Positions 37,699 through 46,027 of a DNA stretch of 64,000 nucleotides are shown here, in pieces; the first letter of the stretch is position 1; each line of letters opens with the position of its first letter. This DNA comes from Patescibacteria group bacterium (lineage in GTDB: Bacteria > Patescibacteriota > Minisyncoccia > UBA6257 > GWB1-50-10): assembly GCA_040757555.1 (NCBI GenBank), contig JBFLWN010000001.1:53128-117127 (forward strand), written 5' to 3'. A program made the position numbers and the translations under genes. The notes beneath the pieces were generated by a model. The model made no database searches. It was given only the letters and a program-made list of their open reading frames with translations, and was not told where the DNA came from.

Positions 37699-38898
37699 AT
37701 GAGTATTATCACTGACAAAAAAAGGGTGGAAGAAATTGTGGCTCGCGGGGTGATTGCGGAAGTGCTCCCCACGAAAGATGAATTTTTAAAACTTCTCCTC
37801 TCCGGAAAAAAACTCAAAATCTACATTGGGTTTGATCCAACTTCGAGCACACTTCATTTGAGTCACGCAAAAAATTTCATCCTTCTCGAGGAATTCAGGC
37901 AACTTGGACATGAAGTAATTGTGCTCTTTGGAGATTTTACAGCACAAATTGGTGATCCCACAGGAAGAAGTGATGCAAGACCACAACTCACTGAAGAAGA
38001 GGTAAAAAAGAACGTGAAGGATTGGATCGCTCAAATTAAGCCACTCATGAATTTCGATGATAAAAAGAATCCTCCACGGGTACTTTTTAACAGCGCGTGG
38101 CTTTCAAAACTTTCACTTAAGGATTTGATTCCGCTCGCATCACAATTCACGGTTCAACAAATGATTGAACGCGATATGTTCGAAAAAAGATGGAATAACG
38201 ATATTCCAATTCATTTGCATGAATTTTTGTACCCGCTTATGCAAGGGTATGACAGCGTTGCAATGGATGTTGACGTCGAATTGTGCGGCACCGATCAAAT
38301 ATTTAATGCGCTCGCAGGACGAACATTAATGAAGCGTCTGAAAAATAAAGAAAAGTTTGTAGTTGCGGTAAACCTTATGGCGAATCCAAAAACAGGGGAA
38401 CTTATGTCAAAAAGCAGGGGCACTGGAGTATTCCTCTCATCACCACCAAATGAGATGTTTGGCGCAGTAATGGCACAACCAGATGAAATGATTGAAGTTC
38501 TCTTTATAAATATCACAAGAATTCCACTTAATGACATCAAAGAGATTCTTAACACCGGACCAAAGGAGGCAAAAATGCACGTTGCGTTTGAAATTGTAAA
38601 AAAGTTTTACGGGGAAGAAAAAGCAACTCTCGCAAAAGACGAATGGATCTCCGTATTTTCAAAAAAAGAAGGTCCTCACAATGCGCCAGAATTAAAACTC
38701 AAGAAAAAAAACATTTCTATTCTCGATCTCTTGTTGGAAAGCGGTATAAAAAGTAAAAGCGAAGCACGACGTCTCGTCCTACAAAACGCAATATCTATAG
38801 ACAGTGAAGTGAAAAAAAATCCAGAAGAAATTATTTCACTAAAAGGAGGAGAAATATTAAAAGTAGGCAAAAAAACTTTTTTTAAGCTTTTAAAATAA
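37699..38898 (+). CDS. tyrS: Tyrosine--tRNA ligase
   Basis: HIGH-like 'STLHLSHA', 'LMSKSRG' KMSKS, C-terminal S4 domain. Confidence 0.85.
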   Translation: MSIITDKKRVEEIVARGVIAEVLPTKDEFLKLLLSGKKLKIYIGFDPTSSTLHLSHAKNFILLEEFRQLGHEVIVLFGDFTAQIGDPTGRSDARPQLTEEEVKKNVKDWIAQIKPLMNFDDKKNPPRVLFNSAWLSKLSLKDLIPLASQFTVQQMIERDMFEKRWNNDIPIHLHEFLYPLMQGYDSVAMDVDVELCGTDQIFNALAGRTLMKRLKNKEKFVVAVNLMANPKTGELMSKSRGTGVFLSSPPNEMFGAVMAQPDEMIEVLFINITRIPLNDIKEILNTGPKEAKMHVAFEIVKKFYGEEKATLAKDEWISVFSKKEGPHNAPELKLKKKNISILDLLLESGIKSKSEARRLVLQNAISIDSEVKKNPEEIISLKGGEILKVGKKTFFKLLK

Positions 38899-38917
38899 TC
38901 CCCGCATTCAGCGGGGC

Positions 38918-39595
38918 TTATTTTATCACAGTCATTGTACCAGTTTCTCCCGCTCCCGCATGACCAGGAACTGAACAAGTAAATGTATACATCCCTGCTT
39001 TAGGAACTTTAAATTTCATGGTGCGCGTCTCATCGGGGCCAACTCCTATTGCTACCGCCATTAACACCTCACTATCAAAAGTAAGAATGTGGGTGCGTTT
39101 ATCTCCTGAGGTAAATGCAAGGGTAATTTCTTCCCCTTCCCTCACCGCAAAATACTGCGGAGTGAGTTTCCCATCTTTTGCAATAATTTGTGGAGTGCCT
39201 GTTGGAAGTGAAGATGGAGAAATTGGCGCCGATTGTTGTGGCGCATCAGGCGAACCAGCGGGCACATCAAGTCGCACATCGCGTTTTACAGGAGGAGGAG
39301 TCACCACCGGAGTCGGGGGAGGAGTTTGATTTACTTTGTTTTCCGTAGGTATAGTATTTTCTATTACAGGAACAGAAGAGGTTGGACCCTCTTTTGTTTT
39401 TTCATTTTCCAAATCAATATTTTTTGATGTTTCTGACTTTCCATCATTTAATACAATCTCTTCTGAAACTTTTGGAGTTTTATTTTTTCCTACCTGACCC
39501 AACGGAGCTAATCCAAATACACCAAAAAGAATAATAGCGAGAGCAATAAGTCCAACAAAGAAAATGGTGATGATAATACGTAATGTGTTTTCCAT
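38918..39595 (-). CDS. Membrane-anchored cupredoxin-like (type-1 copper) domain protein
   Basis: N-terminal TM, Pro-rich linker, C-terminal 'CSVPGHAGAGETGTM' copper-site pattern. Confidence 0.55.
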   Translation of the reverse strand: MENTLRIIITIFFVGLIALAIILFGVFGLAPLGQVGKNKTPKVSEEIVLNDGKSETSKNIDLENEKTKEGPTSSVPVIENTIPTENKVNQTPPPTPVVTPPPVKRDVRLDVPAGSPDAPQQSAPISPSSLPTGTPQIIAKDGKLTPQYFAVREGEEITLAFTSGDKRTHILTFDSEVLMAVAIGVGPDETRTMKFKVPKAGMYTFTCSVPGHAGAGETGTMTVIK

Positions 39596-39658
39596 TTTTT
39601 ATTATTCAGAAAAAACTTCACTCACTTTATTTATTTTATCAAAAAAAATATCTTTTAC

Positions 39659-39732
39659 TGGTGCGGGCAAGGAGAATCGAACTCCTGTCTCAACCTTGGC
39701 AAGGTCGTGTTCTACCACTAAACCATGCCCGC
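39659..39732 (-). tRNA. tRNA-Gly (GCC), CCA encoded
   Basis: Cloverleaf; loop TTGCCAA. Confidence 0.85.
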
Positions 39733-39769
39733 TCAATCGGTATTCGTTGAAATTTTCAATTCGTAATTC

Positions 39770-39940
39770 CTAATTTTTAACAGCGGGAGAGGGAATGGTC
39801 GGTCCTTTTGTGTAGGGATCCCCGACAGGACCCTTGAATTGCACAGGCGCCTCAGCACGATCATTGATAAAAACAAACATAATCACCCCAACCAAAAGAA
39901 GGATAAAAACCAACAAAATAAGCTTGTTTCTTTTCTCCAT
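39770..39940 (-). CDS. Small single-TM protein between two tRNA genes
   Basis: ORF; start set at MEKRNK. Confidence 0.3.
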   Translation of the reverse strand: MEKRNKLILLVFILLLVGVIMFVFINDRAEAPVQFKGPVGDPYTKGPTIPSPAVKN

Positions 39941-39995
39941 TCTCTTAATTCTATTGTAATAAAAAATATGGAATAAATCCATATTTTTTATTCTG

Positions 39996-40067
39996 TGCCC
40001 TCGAGAGGAGTCGAACCTCTGTTACGAGATCCGCAATCTCGCGTCCTATCCATTGAACGACGAGGGC
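39996..40067 (-). tRNA. tRNA-Arg (anticodon reads GCG)
   Basis: Cloverleaf with perfect CGAGA/TCTCG anticodon stem; loop TTGCGGA. Confidence 0.7.
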
Positions 40068-40136
40068 GTCGTCTCTCTTTCTTCAAAATGATAATACTAC
40101 ATTATTAAATACTTACAAGAAAAAACTAATAAACTG

Positions 40137-40637
40137 TTAAAACCCAATATAATCAAAAATAATATCAATAATTGATTCATCGTGCTCCTCTTCGGGAAGT
40201 TTTTCCAAAAGAATTTCTCGTGCTCTCTTCGCGAGTTCTGAGTCAATTGGGATATGAATGGTAGGATTAATCATTGATTTCTTTCTCACTATAATTTCAT
40301 CCAGATATCCTTCGCGTGAACGCATTGCGAAACTTTCAATTTGATCATATTCAAGTGCAACCACTTTTCCGATATATACTCCCTTATCTGAAATAGTGAA
40401 TTCAAATATCTGAGGGCGACGACGTGCAAACATAATAATCAATGCCCCCGCAATGAGTGAAAACGCTCCAAAGAAAAAATTTCCCTTCAAAAAAGAAAAA
40501 ATAGAAATTCCACCCGCTATCACTACAACCCACACAAACCATTTTGTGGATTTCTCAGAATGACTATATTCTGCAGCTTTCCATGTTATACTTGTCCCCG
40601 TCTCTCCTTTTTCTTCAATTTCTTTTTTCTTTTCCAT
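40137..40637 (-). CDS. Hypothetical membrane protein (2 TM, PH-like C-terminus)
   Basis: ORF with TM segments. Confidence 0.4.
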   Translation of the reverse strand: MEKKKEIEEKGETGTSITWKAAEYSHSEKSTKWFVWVVVIAGGISIFSFLKGNFFFGAFSLIAGALIIMFARRRPQIFEFTISDKGVYIGKVVALEYDQIESFAMRSREGYLDEIIVRKKSMINPTIHIPIDSELAKRAREILLEKLPEEEHDESIIDIIFDYIGF

Positions 40638-40720
40638 TGTTTAAGTATAAATGTTTTTAACAACAATCCCAAATTTATCCGCTTATGACGGAGGGAATCC
40701 TCTTCCCCTATTCACAACTA

Positions 40721-40865
40721 GGGGGAATCGCCCGCGACTCAAAATGTTTCCGTCGAAACATTTTGGCCCGGGCACCGCCTCGCGTACTCGTCTACTGACT
40801 CACATACACTCCGGCGTTCGATTCACCACGCGAAACAAGCAGTTGTTTCGCTTTGGGACAAAATA
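40721..40865 (-). repeat. tRNA-Glu-linked mini-element A (core homologous to B and C; only 9-nt tRNA 3'-end copy remains)
   Basis: Aligned by eye to elements B and C; sits 3' of tRNA-Glu after its terminator hairpin. Confidence 0.7.
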
Positions 40866-40893
40866 AAAAACCTGGTAGGTTTTTTATTCTTTG

Positions 40894-40965
40894 TAGTCCC
40901 AAGGGGAATCGAACCCCTATTTCCGCCGTGAAAGGGCGATGTCCTAACCGTTAGACGATGGGACC
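40894..40965 (-). tRNA. tRNA-Glu (TTC)
   Basis: Cloverleaf; loop CTTTCAC. Confidence 0.85.
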
Positions 40966-41036
40966 AGACACAAACAAAGTGTATCCTGACTTATTTATAA
41001 AATCAATTTTTTGACGCATCTGCAAAAATTGTAAGT

Positions 41037-41122
41037 GCGGAAGGTGGAGGATTCGAACCTCCGATGCCTTGCGGCATACCGCATTTCAAGTGCGGCGCAT
41101 TCGACCACTCTGCCAACCTTCC
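41037..41122 (-). tRNA. tRNA-Ser (TGA)
   Basis: Long variable arm; loop CTTGAAA. Confidence 0.85.
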
Positions 41123-41162
41123 AGTGTCAAAAATAGTGTACCCTAGGATATCTATTTGGTAA

Positions 41163-41268
41163 ATCCCGTTAGAAGTTCATTTGGTGCACTAAGCCCACTT
41201 GTTTACTAAAAGATCCATCATTATTCATTCTTAATTTGGAATATTAGGCGTGCTACTTTTAACGGGAT
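41163..41268. repeat. Degenerate MITE-like element with ATCCCGTTA / TAACGGGAT termini
   Basis: Shares terminal inverted-repeat core with 13488 and 60031 copies; interior diverged. Confidence 0.4.
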
Positions 41269-41416
41269 AAATCCCCTGGAAAATAGCCAAAAATAGGGCC
41301 TTGACAGGGGTATTGACTTATTCTGTGTAACATGCTAGAATATATTCAGAATTAGGTAATAAAAAATTATTTACTAATTGATAACAATAAATAAAAAAAA
41401 TCCTCAGGAGGATCCA

Positions 41417-42142
41417 ATGACTACCGATCAAAAAACCCGTTTAGGCATCTTAATAGTGCTAGTATTAATTCTTGCTGTTTCATTATTAAACTGGTTTAAA
41501 GCACCAACAGCTGACGACATGACTAATTCAGTTAATGTCGGAGCTGTAAAAATTGATAGTTCCCTGAATGCTTTGGGAAAAAAAGTTGATGTAACAAACG
41601 AAACACTTAAAACCACAAATAGTACGCTTGGTGATATCAGTGGGTACACAAGTGACATCGCGGAAAATGCAGGAAACATCGCAAACAATACTTATTACAG
41701 CTCTCTTGAATCGAGACGTGCAGAAAAAGCCCGTGAAGATTCTGTTGTCAAAACAAAAAAATTAGAAAAAGCGCAGAAAGCAGTAGAAGATGCGCAGAAA
41801 GAACTGGAAGCCGTAAAAAATCCAAACAAACCAGTGGTTGTTGCACCATCATCAAATAATCCAAATGGAGATCTATTAAGTTCCATTGGGACAATGATTG
41901 ATGGTAAATTGAAACCGATATCTGATCGCCTTGGAAATCTTGAAACTGGGCAAAAAACAATGGAAACCCGGATGACTAGTTTGGAAACCCGGATGACAAC
42001 AATCGAAACGGATGTCAATAAAATGACATCTCTTTCAGATATTAATGCGCGCATTTCTCTTGGGGAGGAAGGATATCTCAAAATGAAAAAGAAACAAATG
42101 CGGGAACAGAAGGACTGCGACGACTTGTCGGGAAATAAATAA
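41417..42142 (+). CDS. Hypothetical membrane-anchored coiled-coil protein
   Basis: RBS AGGAGGA; -35 TTGACA / -10 TAGAAT upstream; N-terminal TM; repeated 'METRMTSLETRMTT' heptads. Confidence 0.5.
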   Translation: MTTDQKTRLGILIVLVLILAVSLLNWFKAPTADDMTNSVNVGAVKIDSSLNALGKKVDVTNETLKTTNSTLGDISGYTSDIAENAGNIANNTYYSSLESRRAEKAREDSVVKTKKLEKAQKAVEDAQKELEAVKNPNKPVVVAPSSNNPNGDLLSSIGTMIDGKLKPISDRLGNLETGQKTMETRMTSLETRMTTIETDVNKMTSLSDINARISLGEEGYLKMKKKQMREQKDCDDLSGNK

Positions 42143-42197
42143 CGAATTTTTATAATAATTAAGAGCGAAGGAAAAACCTTCGCTCTTAAACTTTTTG

Positions 42198-42270
42198 TGG
42201 ACCGTGCGGGATTTGAACCCGCTACCTTTCGCATGCCATGCGAACGCTCTACCAATTGAGCTAACGGCCC
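42198..42270 (-). tRNA. tRNA-Ala (GGC)
   Basis: G3:U70 identity pair; loop ATGGCAT. Confidence 0.8.
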
Positions 42271-42947
42271 ATTGTAATTACTTTTATACTTCCTAATAGA
42301 TCATTTAACACTTCTGCGGAGAAATAATCAATTCGGCACACTCCTTTATAGTCAGGTTTTTTTGATATAATTCCTCTTGTTCTCGGATCAATGCGCGCTA
42401 AATAAAATTGTTTGCGTGGAATTTTTGTTACCCCAACCCAAAAATTTTCCAGAGTATTTATATCTTGCCCAACCCTACATTGCACCGTACATCGAAACTT
42501 AGTCTCATCAATAACATAATTTTTCCTCAATAGTTCCAAAAATAATGAAATTATCTTTGGATCTGAATTTCCAAATACTATCGAACCACGATTTGGATTT
42601 TTTGATCCTTCCCCCAGGTAGAGTGTTGTAAGAACAATTTTTGCGATGTTTTTATTGTCCAACAGATGAAAGAGATTTTTATTTTTCTCGAAGAAAAAAA
42701 CATTTTTTTCATTTTTTATTCTTTTTTTCTTTTCTTGTGCTGCAATTCTCGCTTTTTTTAAGGAATTTTCCTTTGTTTTTTTAAGTATTCCCGCAATTAT
42801 GGGATTTTTTTCAAGTCCATGAAACCAAAACGAAAATGTAGATTTTGGGATATGTATTTTTAGTAGGGACTCTATTTCGATATATGTCTTCCCCTGTTTC
42901 CGTAATTCAATCGCTTTTTCTTTCACAATCCTTTGATATGTGCGCAT
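42261..42947 (-). CDS. Hypothetical HTH / LAGLIDADG-like (homing-endonuclease-like) protein
   Basis: N-terminal HTH-like segment; 'TLYLGEGSKN' weak LAGLIDADG-like motif; stop overlaps tRNA-Ala 5' end. Confidence 0.35.
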   Translation of the reverse strand: MRTYQRIVKEKAIELRKQGKTYIEIESLLKIHIPKSTFSFWFHGLEKNPIIAGILKKTKENSLKKARIAAQEKKKRIKNEKNVFFFEKNKNLFHLLDNKNIAKIVLTTLYLGEGSKNPNRGSIVFGNSDPKIISLFLELLRKNYVIDETKFRCTVQCRVGQDINTLENFWVGVTKIPRKQFYLARIDPRTRGIISKKPDYKGVCRIDYFSAEVLNDLLGSIKVITMGR

Positions 42948-43003
42948 ATGTGTATTGTACCATAGAATACTTCAACGTACACACTCTAAAAAAAAAAATC
43001 AAA

Positions 43004-43303
43004 CTAACAACTCTTTGATATCTCTATTATTTTTTCAAAATTATCTTCTTCTCTCGTTTTATTTTTTCTTTTAAATCCACATCGTTCACATTTCTGGGTG
43101 AGAATCCATTCATCTCCTTTTTTCTCAACGCTTATTGGCTCCATCATTCCTTTACACGTTTCCAATCGGTCTCCTGGATTTTTATCAACATGTTTACTCC
43201 ACAAACAACGCGGACAATGATTGGTATATCCATCCCCCGACACATTCATTCCGCATTTCTCACATACAAAATTTTCTTCGTTTCTCTGAAATTTCTTTTC
43301 CAT
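43004..43303 (-). CDS. RNHCP-domain zinc-ribbon protein
   Basis: 'CEKCG...YTNHCPRCLWSKH...CERCG' motif. Confidence 0.6.
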   Translation of the reverse strand: MEKKFQRNEENFVCEKCGMNVSGDGYTNHCPRCLWSKHVDKNPGDRLETCKGMMEPISVEKKGDEWILTQKCERCGFKRKNKTREEDNFEKIIEISKSC

Positions 43304-43308
43304 TCTGT

Positions 43309-43381
43309 GCGCGATAGAGGACTCGAACCTCTGGCCTTCACAATGTCAATGTGACGCTCTAACCAGCTGAGCTAATCGCGC
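43309..43381 (-). tRNA. tRNA-Val (GAC)
   Basis: Cloverleaf; loop TTGACAT. Confidence 0.85.
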
Positions 43382-43698
43382 GTATTTTTTTCCTTGCGCT
43401 CTTCTTTCATTTTTTTCAAAGCATCGGAAATTTTTTCATTGGGATATTTTATACTCGCTTCCACTACATCAGAAAAATTTTCTTCTACCCCATTTACTGG
43501 AATTTTGTCGCCAACTTTCGTAAATCCCATTCCCACCTTTCCCCGTTCTGGATCGTTTCGTCTCACCATGAGTGTGTCTGTCGTTTCCTCTACGGTAAAA
43601 CTATAAGGAATCTCACTCTTTACTCGCTCAAGCATCTTTGTGAGTCTTTTATCTTCCGCATCGGAGATTTTATTGTACTCAAATTTAGCTCGTTCCAC
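43372..43698 (-). CDS. Hypothetical protein
   Basis: ORF only. Confidence 0.35.
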   Translation of the reverse strand: MERAKFEYNKISDAEDKRLTKMLERVKSEIPYSFTVEETTDTLMVRRNDPERGKVGMGFTKVGDKIPVNGVEENFSDVVEASIKYPNEKISDALKKMKEERKEKNTRD

Positions 43699-43785
43699 GG
43701 ACTAAGAATAGCAGATAAAAAAGGATTTCCGCAAGCGAAAAGGTTGCGATAGTCATTTATTTTTGCAATGATAAACAAGGTATTT

Positions 43786-43857
43786 GCCCCCGTAGTTCAA
43801 TGGATAGAACAGGTCCGTCCTAAGGACAAAATGGGAGTTCGATTCTCTCTGGGGGCA
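43786..43857 (+). tRNA. tRNA-Arg (CCT)
   Basis: Cloverleaf; anticodon CCT. Confidence 0.75.
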
Positions 43858-43945
43858 CATACGAAAAATATTTTCGTAGGGAGGGGTGGCTGACCACCGC
43901 CCTTGGCGGGGCCCCGCTTTTTAAGCGGCGGGTGGTCGGAATAAA

Positions 43946-44191
43946 ATGTATTACACATATATTTTAAAAAGTGAAAAGACTGGGAAACATTATGTCGGTT
44001 CCTGTGAAAATATCGAATCGAGACTGAAACGACATACCTCGGGAAGAAATAAATCTACTAAAGCAGGAATTCCATGGAAACTTATTTATTTCGAGGCATT
44101 CTTAACGAAACAGGATTCATATAGACGCGAATTTCAAATAAAAAGTTTTAAGGGTGGTGAAGCATTTAAAAAGTTGATAATATCTAACTAA
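43946..44191 (+). CDS. GIY-YIG family nuclease (small, stand-alone)
   Basis: 'YTYILKSEKTGKHYVGSCENIESRLKRH' GIY-YIG core. Confidence 0.75.
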   Translation: MYYTYILKSEKTGKHYVGSCENIESRLKRHTSGRNKSTKAGIPWKLIYFEAFLTKQDSYRREFQIKSFKGGEAFKKLIISN

Positions 44192-44196
44192 TATAT

Positions 44197-44283
44197 GGAG
44201 GGGTGGCTGAGTGGTCGAAGGCACACGACTCGAAATCGTGCAGGGATGAAAGTCCCTCGAGAGTTCAAATCTCTCCCCCTCCG
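44197..44283 (+). tRNA. tRNA-Ser (CGA)
   Basis: Long variable arm; loop CTCGAAA; terminator hairpin after. Confidence 0.85.
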
Positions 44284-44450
44284 CAAAACAACAACGCTTT
44301 TGGCGTTGTATTGTTTTATAGAGTGGATAAGAGATTTGAAGGGTATTTGAAAAAGGCAAACTGCTTTGCGTTTTTCAAAACCAAGACCTTGACACCAAAC
44401 CCCGTTCTGGTGTTTAGTGTATGTAGAACTATTTATATAAGAGGTGGCAC

Positions 44451-45179
44451 GTGGAAAAAAATGAAAAATATTTTGTATGGAGTTTTATATTCGAATCCGA
44501 TCTCATTGAACAAATTCCTAACAACCGACAACAACTTCGCGATGATATCATTGCCGAGAAACAAGATGGACACGTTGGCGCTATTCTCTTCGCTCGCTCT
44601 AAGGCAGACAAACAAGAGATGATTGATGAGGATTTTATAAAAACCATCCAGAAACTGATTTGTGCCGAACAACACCTGAAGGGCGCAAAGAAAATGAAAG
44701 ATGAAACAATTGGAAAATATCGTGAAGGAAATGTATCCGTGGTTTCAAAATATCCTGTATTTACAACCGGAGGAATTACATGGGTTAAAAAAATTTTGAA
44801 AAAAGGACCAGATCCAAGGCTTGTCCCCAAATTGATGGAAGAATGGGTAGAAAGTGTTCTGGAGTGGGAGAAAAATTTCAAATCATTTTCACCGGAAGAA
44901 AACGTGAAAAGAATTGCGGATTTCCATTTTGATTTTGAAGATATTCATCCATTTGCTGATGGCAACGGAAGAACCGGGAGAATACTTACCTACTACATGC
45001 TCCGCTACGCAAAACTCAATCAATTTATCTTTTGGGAATGCACAAAATCATACGATTATTATCCGGCATTCAAAGATAAAAAATTAATGCAAGAATATTT
45101 TCGAATTCACATATTTGAATCAAGAAAAATAGCTGGAAGAGTTGAATCGCTCACTGAAGATGAAATTGTCATATTTTAA
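44451..45179 (+). CDS. Fic/Doc family protein (AMPylase-type)
   Basis: 'HPFADGNGRTGR' Fic motif; GTG start, true start uncertain. Confidence 0.75.
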   Translation: MEKNEKYFVWSFIFESDLIEQIPNNRQQLRDDIIAEKQDGHVGAILFARSKADKQEMIDEDFIKTIQKLICAEQHLKGAKKMKDETIGKYREGNVSVVSKYPVFTTGGITWVKKILKKGPDPRLVPKLMEEWVESVLEWEKNFKSFSPEENVKRIADFHFDFEDIHPFADGNGRTGRILTYYMLRYAKLNQFIFWECTKSYDYYPAFKDKKLMQEYFRIHIFESRKIAGRVESLTEDEIVIF

Positions 45180-45210
45180 TACAGAAAATCCGCTTAAAAG
45201 CGGATTTTTA

Positions 45211-45395
45211 TTTGTGCCCGGGGTCGGACTCAAACAAAATTTCATAAACGAAATTTTTTGAAACCTTGCGGTTCCAATACCTCCACCACGGGGAAACTCC
45301 TGTTTCCCCGACCCCTTTTCCGTTCAGGGCCGGCTAAAATAAAAAACAATTGCATTAAATACAATTGTTTTTCTGTTTGTGCCCGGGGTCGGACT
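45211..45395 (-). repeat. tRNA-Leu-linked mini-element E: 143-bp core bounded by 21-bp direct repeats (45211-45231, 45375-45395) = tRNA-Leu 3' end + CAAA
   Basis: Direct comparison; core homologous to element D. Confidence 0.8.
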
Positions 45396-45462
45396 CGAAC
45401 CGACACGTCCTTGCGGACAACAGATCTTAAGTCTGTCGTGGCTGCCATTACACCACCCGGGC
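45380..45462 (-). tRNA. tRNA-Leu (TAA)
   Basis: Long variable arm; loop CTTAAGA. Confidence 0.85.
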
Positions 45463-45548
45463 GTTTTTTAATTCTTTTATATTCTGTTTCAATTTTGAAT
45501 AAAAAACAAGCGCCTTCATTCAACGAAAGCGCTTCTCATAGACAAGCG

Positions 45549-45621
45549 AGGTGTGGGCTGGATTCGAACCAGCGCATGACGGTTTTGCAGACCGCCGCGT
45601 TCACCACTTCACCACCACACC
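45549..45621 (-). tRNA. tRNA-Cys (GCA), copy 1
   Basis: Cloverleaf; loop CTGCAAA; discriminator U. Confidence 0.75.
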
Positions 45622-45643
45622 AAATATGTAAAAGAGCTTTTGG

Positions 45644-45715
45644 AGGCCTGAGTGGGAATCGAACCCACGTATAAGAGTTTTGCAGACTCTTGCCTTACCA
45701 CTTGGCTATCAGGCC
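45644..45715 (-). tRNA. tRNA-Cys (GCA), copy 2 (divergent body)
   Basis: Cloverleaf; loop CTGCAAA. Confidence 0.75.
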
Positions 45716-46021
45716 TTATTCTTCATTCTCGCGCTTATGCGTATCAATTTCAAATTTCAAATGGGGCACCGCGCGAATTCTCATCTTCTTCAATAACTGG
45801 TGTTCCAATTGTTTCTTTTTCGAATCAATTGCAAAAAACGCCTCTAATTCTTTTTCATAAGGAATTATAGAAAGCATTACTTTCGCTTGCAAGAGATCTT
45901 CGGAAACCTCAACCGATGTGATAGTCACGAGTGCGTTATCAACTTCGCAGTCTTCAAGAATCATTTGCGAAAGTTCCTGCTCAATGAGACTCCCCATTTT
46001 AAGGTTACGGTATGGGCGCAT
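45716..46021 (-). CDS. rbfA: Ribosome-binding factor A
   Basis: ~100 aa, conserved RbfA profile, downstream of infB. Confidence 0.75.
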   Translation of the reverse strand: MRPYRNLKMGSLIEQELSQMILEDCEVDNALVTITSVEVSEDLLQAKVMLSIIPYEKELEAFFAIDSKKKQLEHQLLKKMRIRAVPHLKFEIDTHKRENEE

Positions 46022-46027
46022 ATAAAT

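Noticed and set aside
45242-45870. ORFs 45242-45523, 45258-45674, 45652-45870 spanning tRNA-Leu and the two tRNA-Cys genes
   Set aside because: They read through three tRNA genes, so they are artefacts of the open frame.
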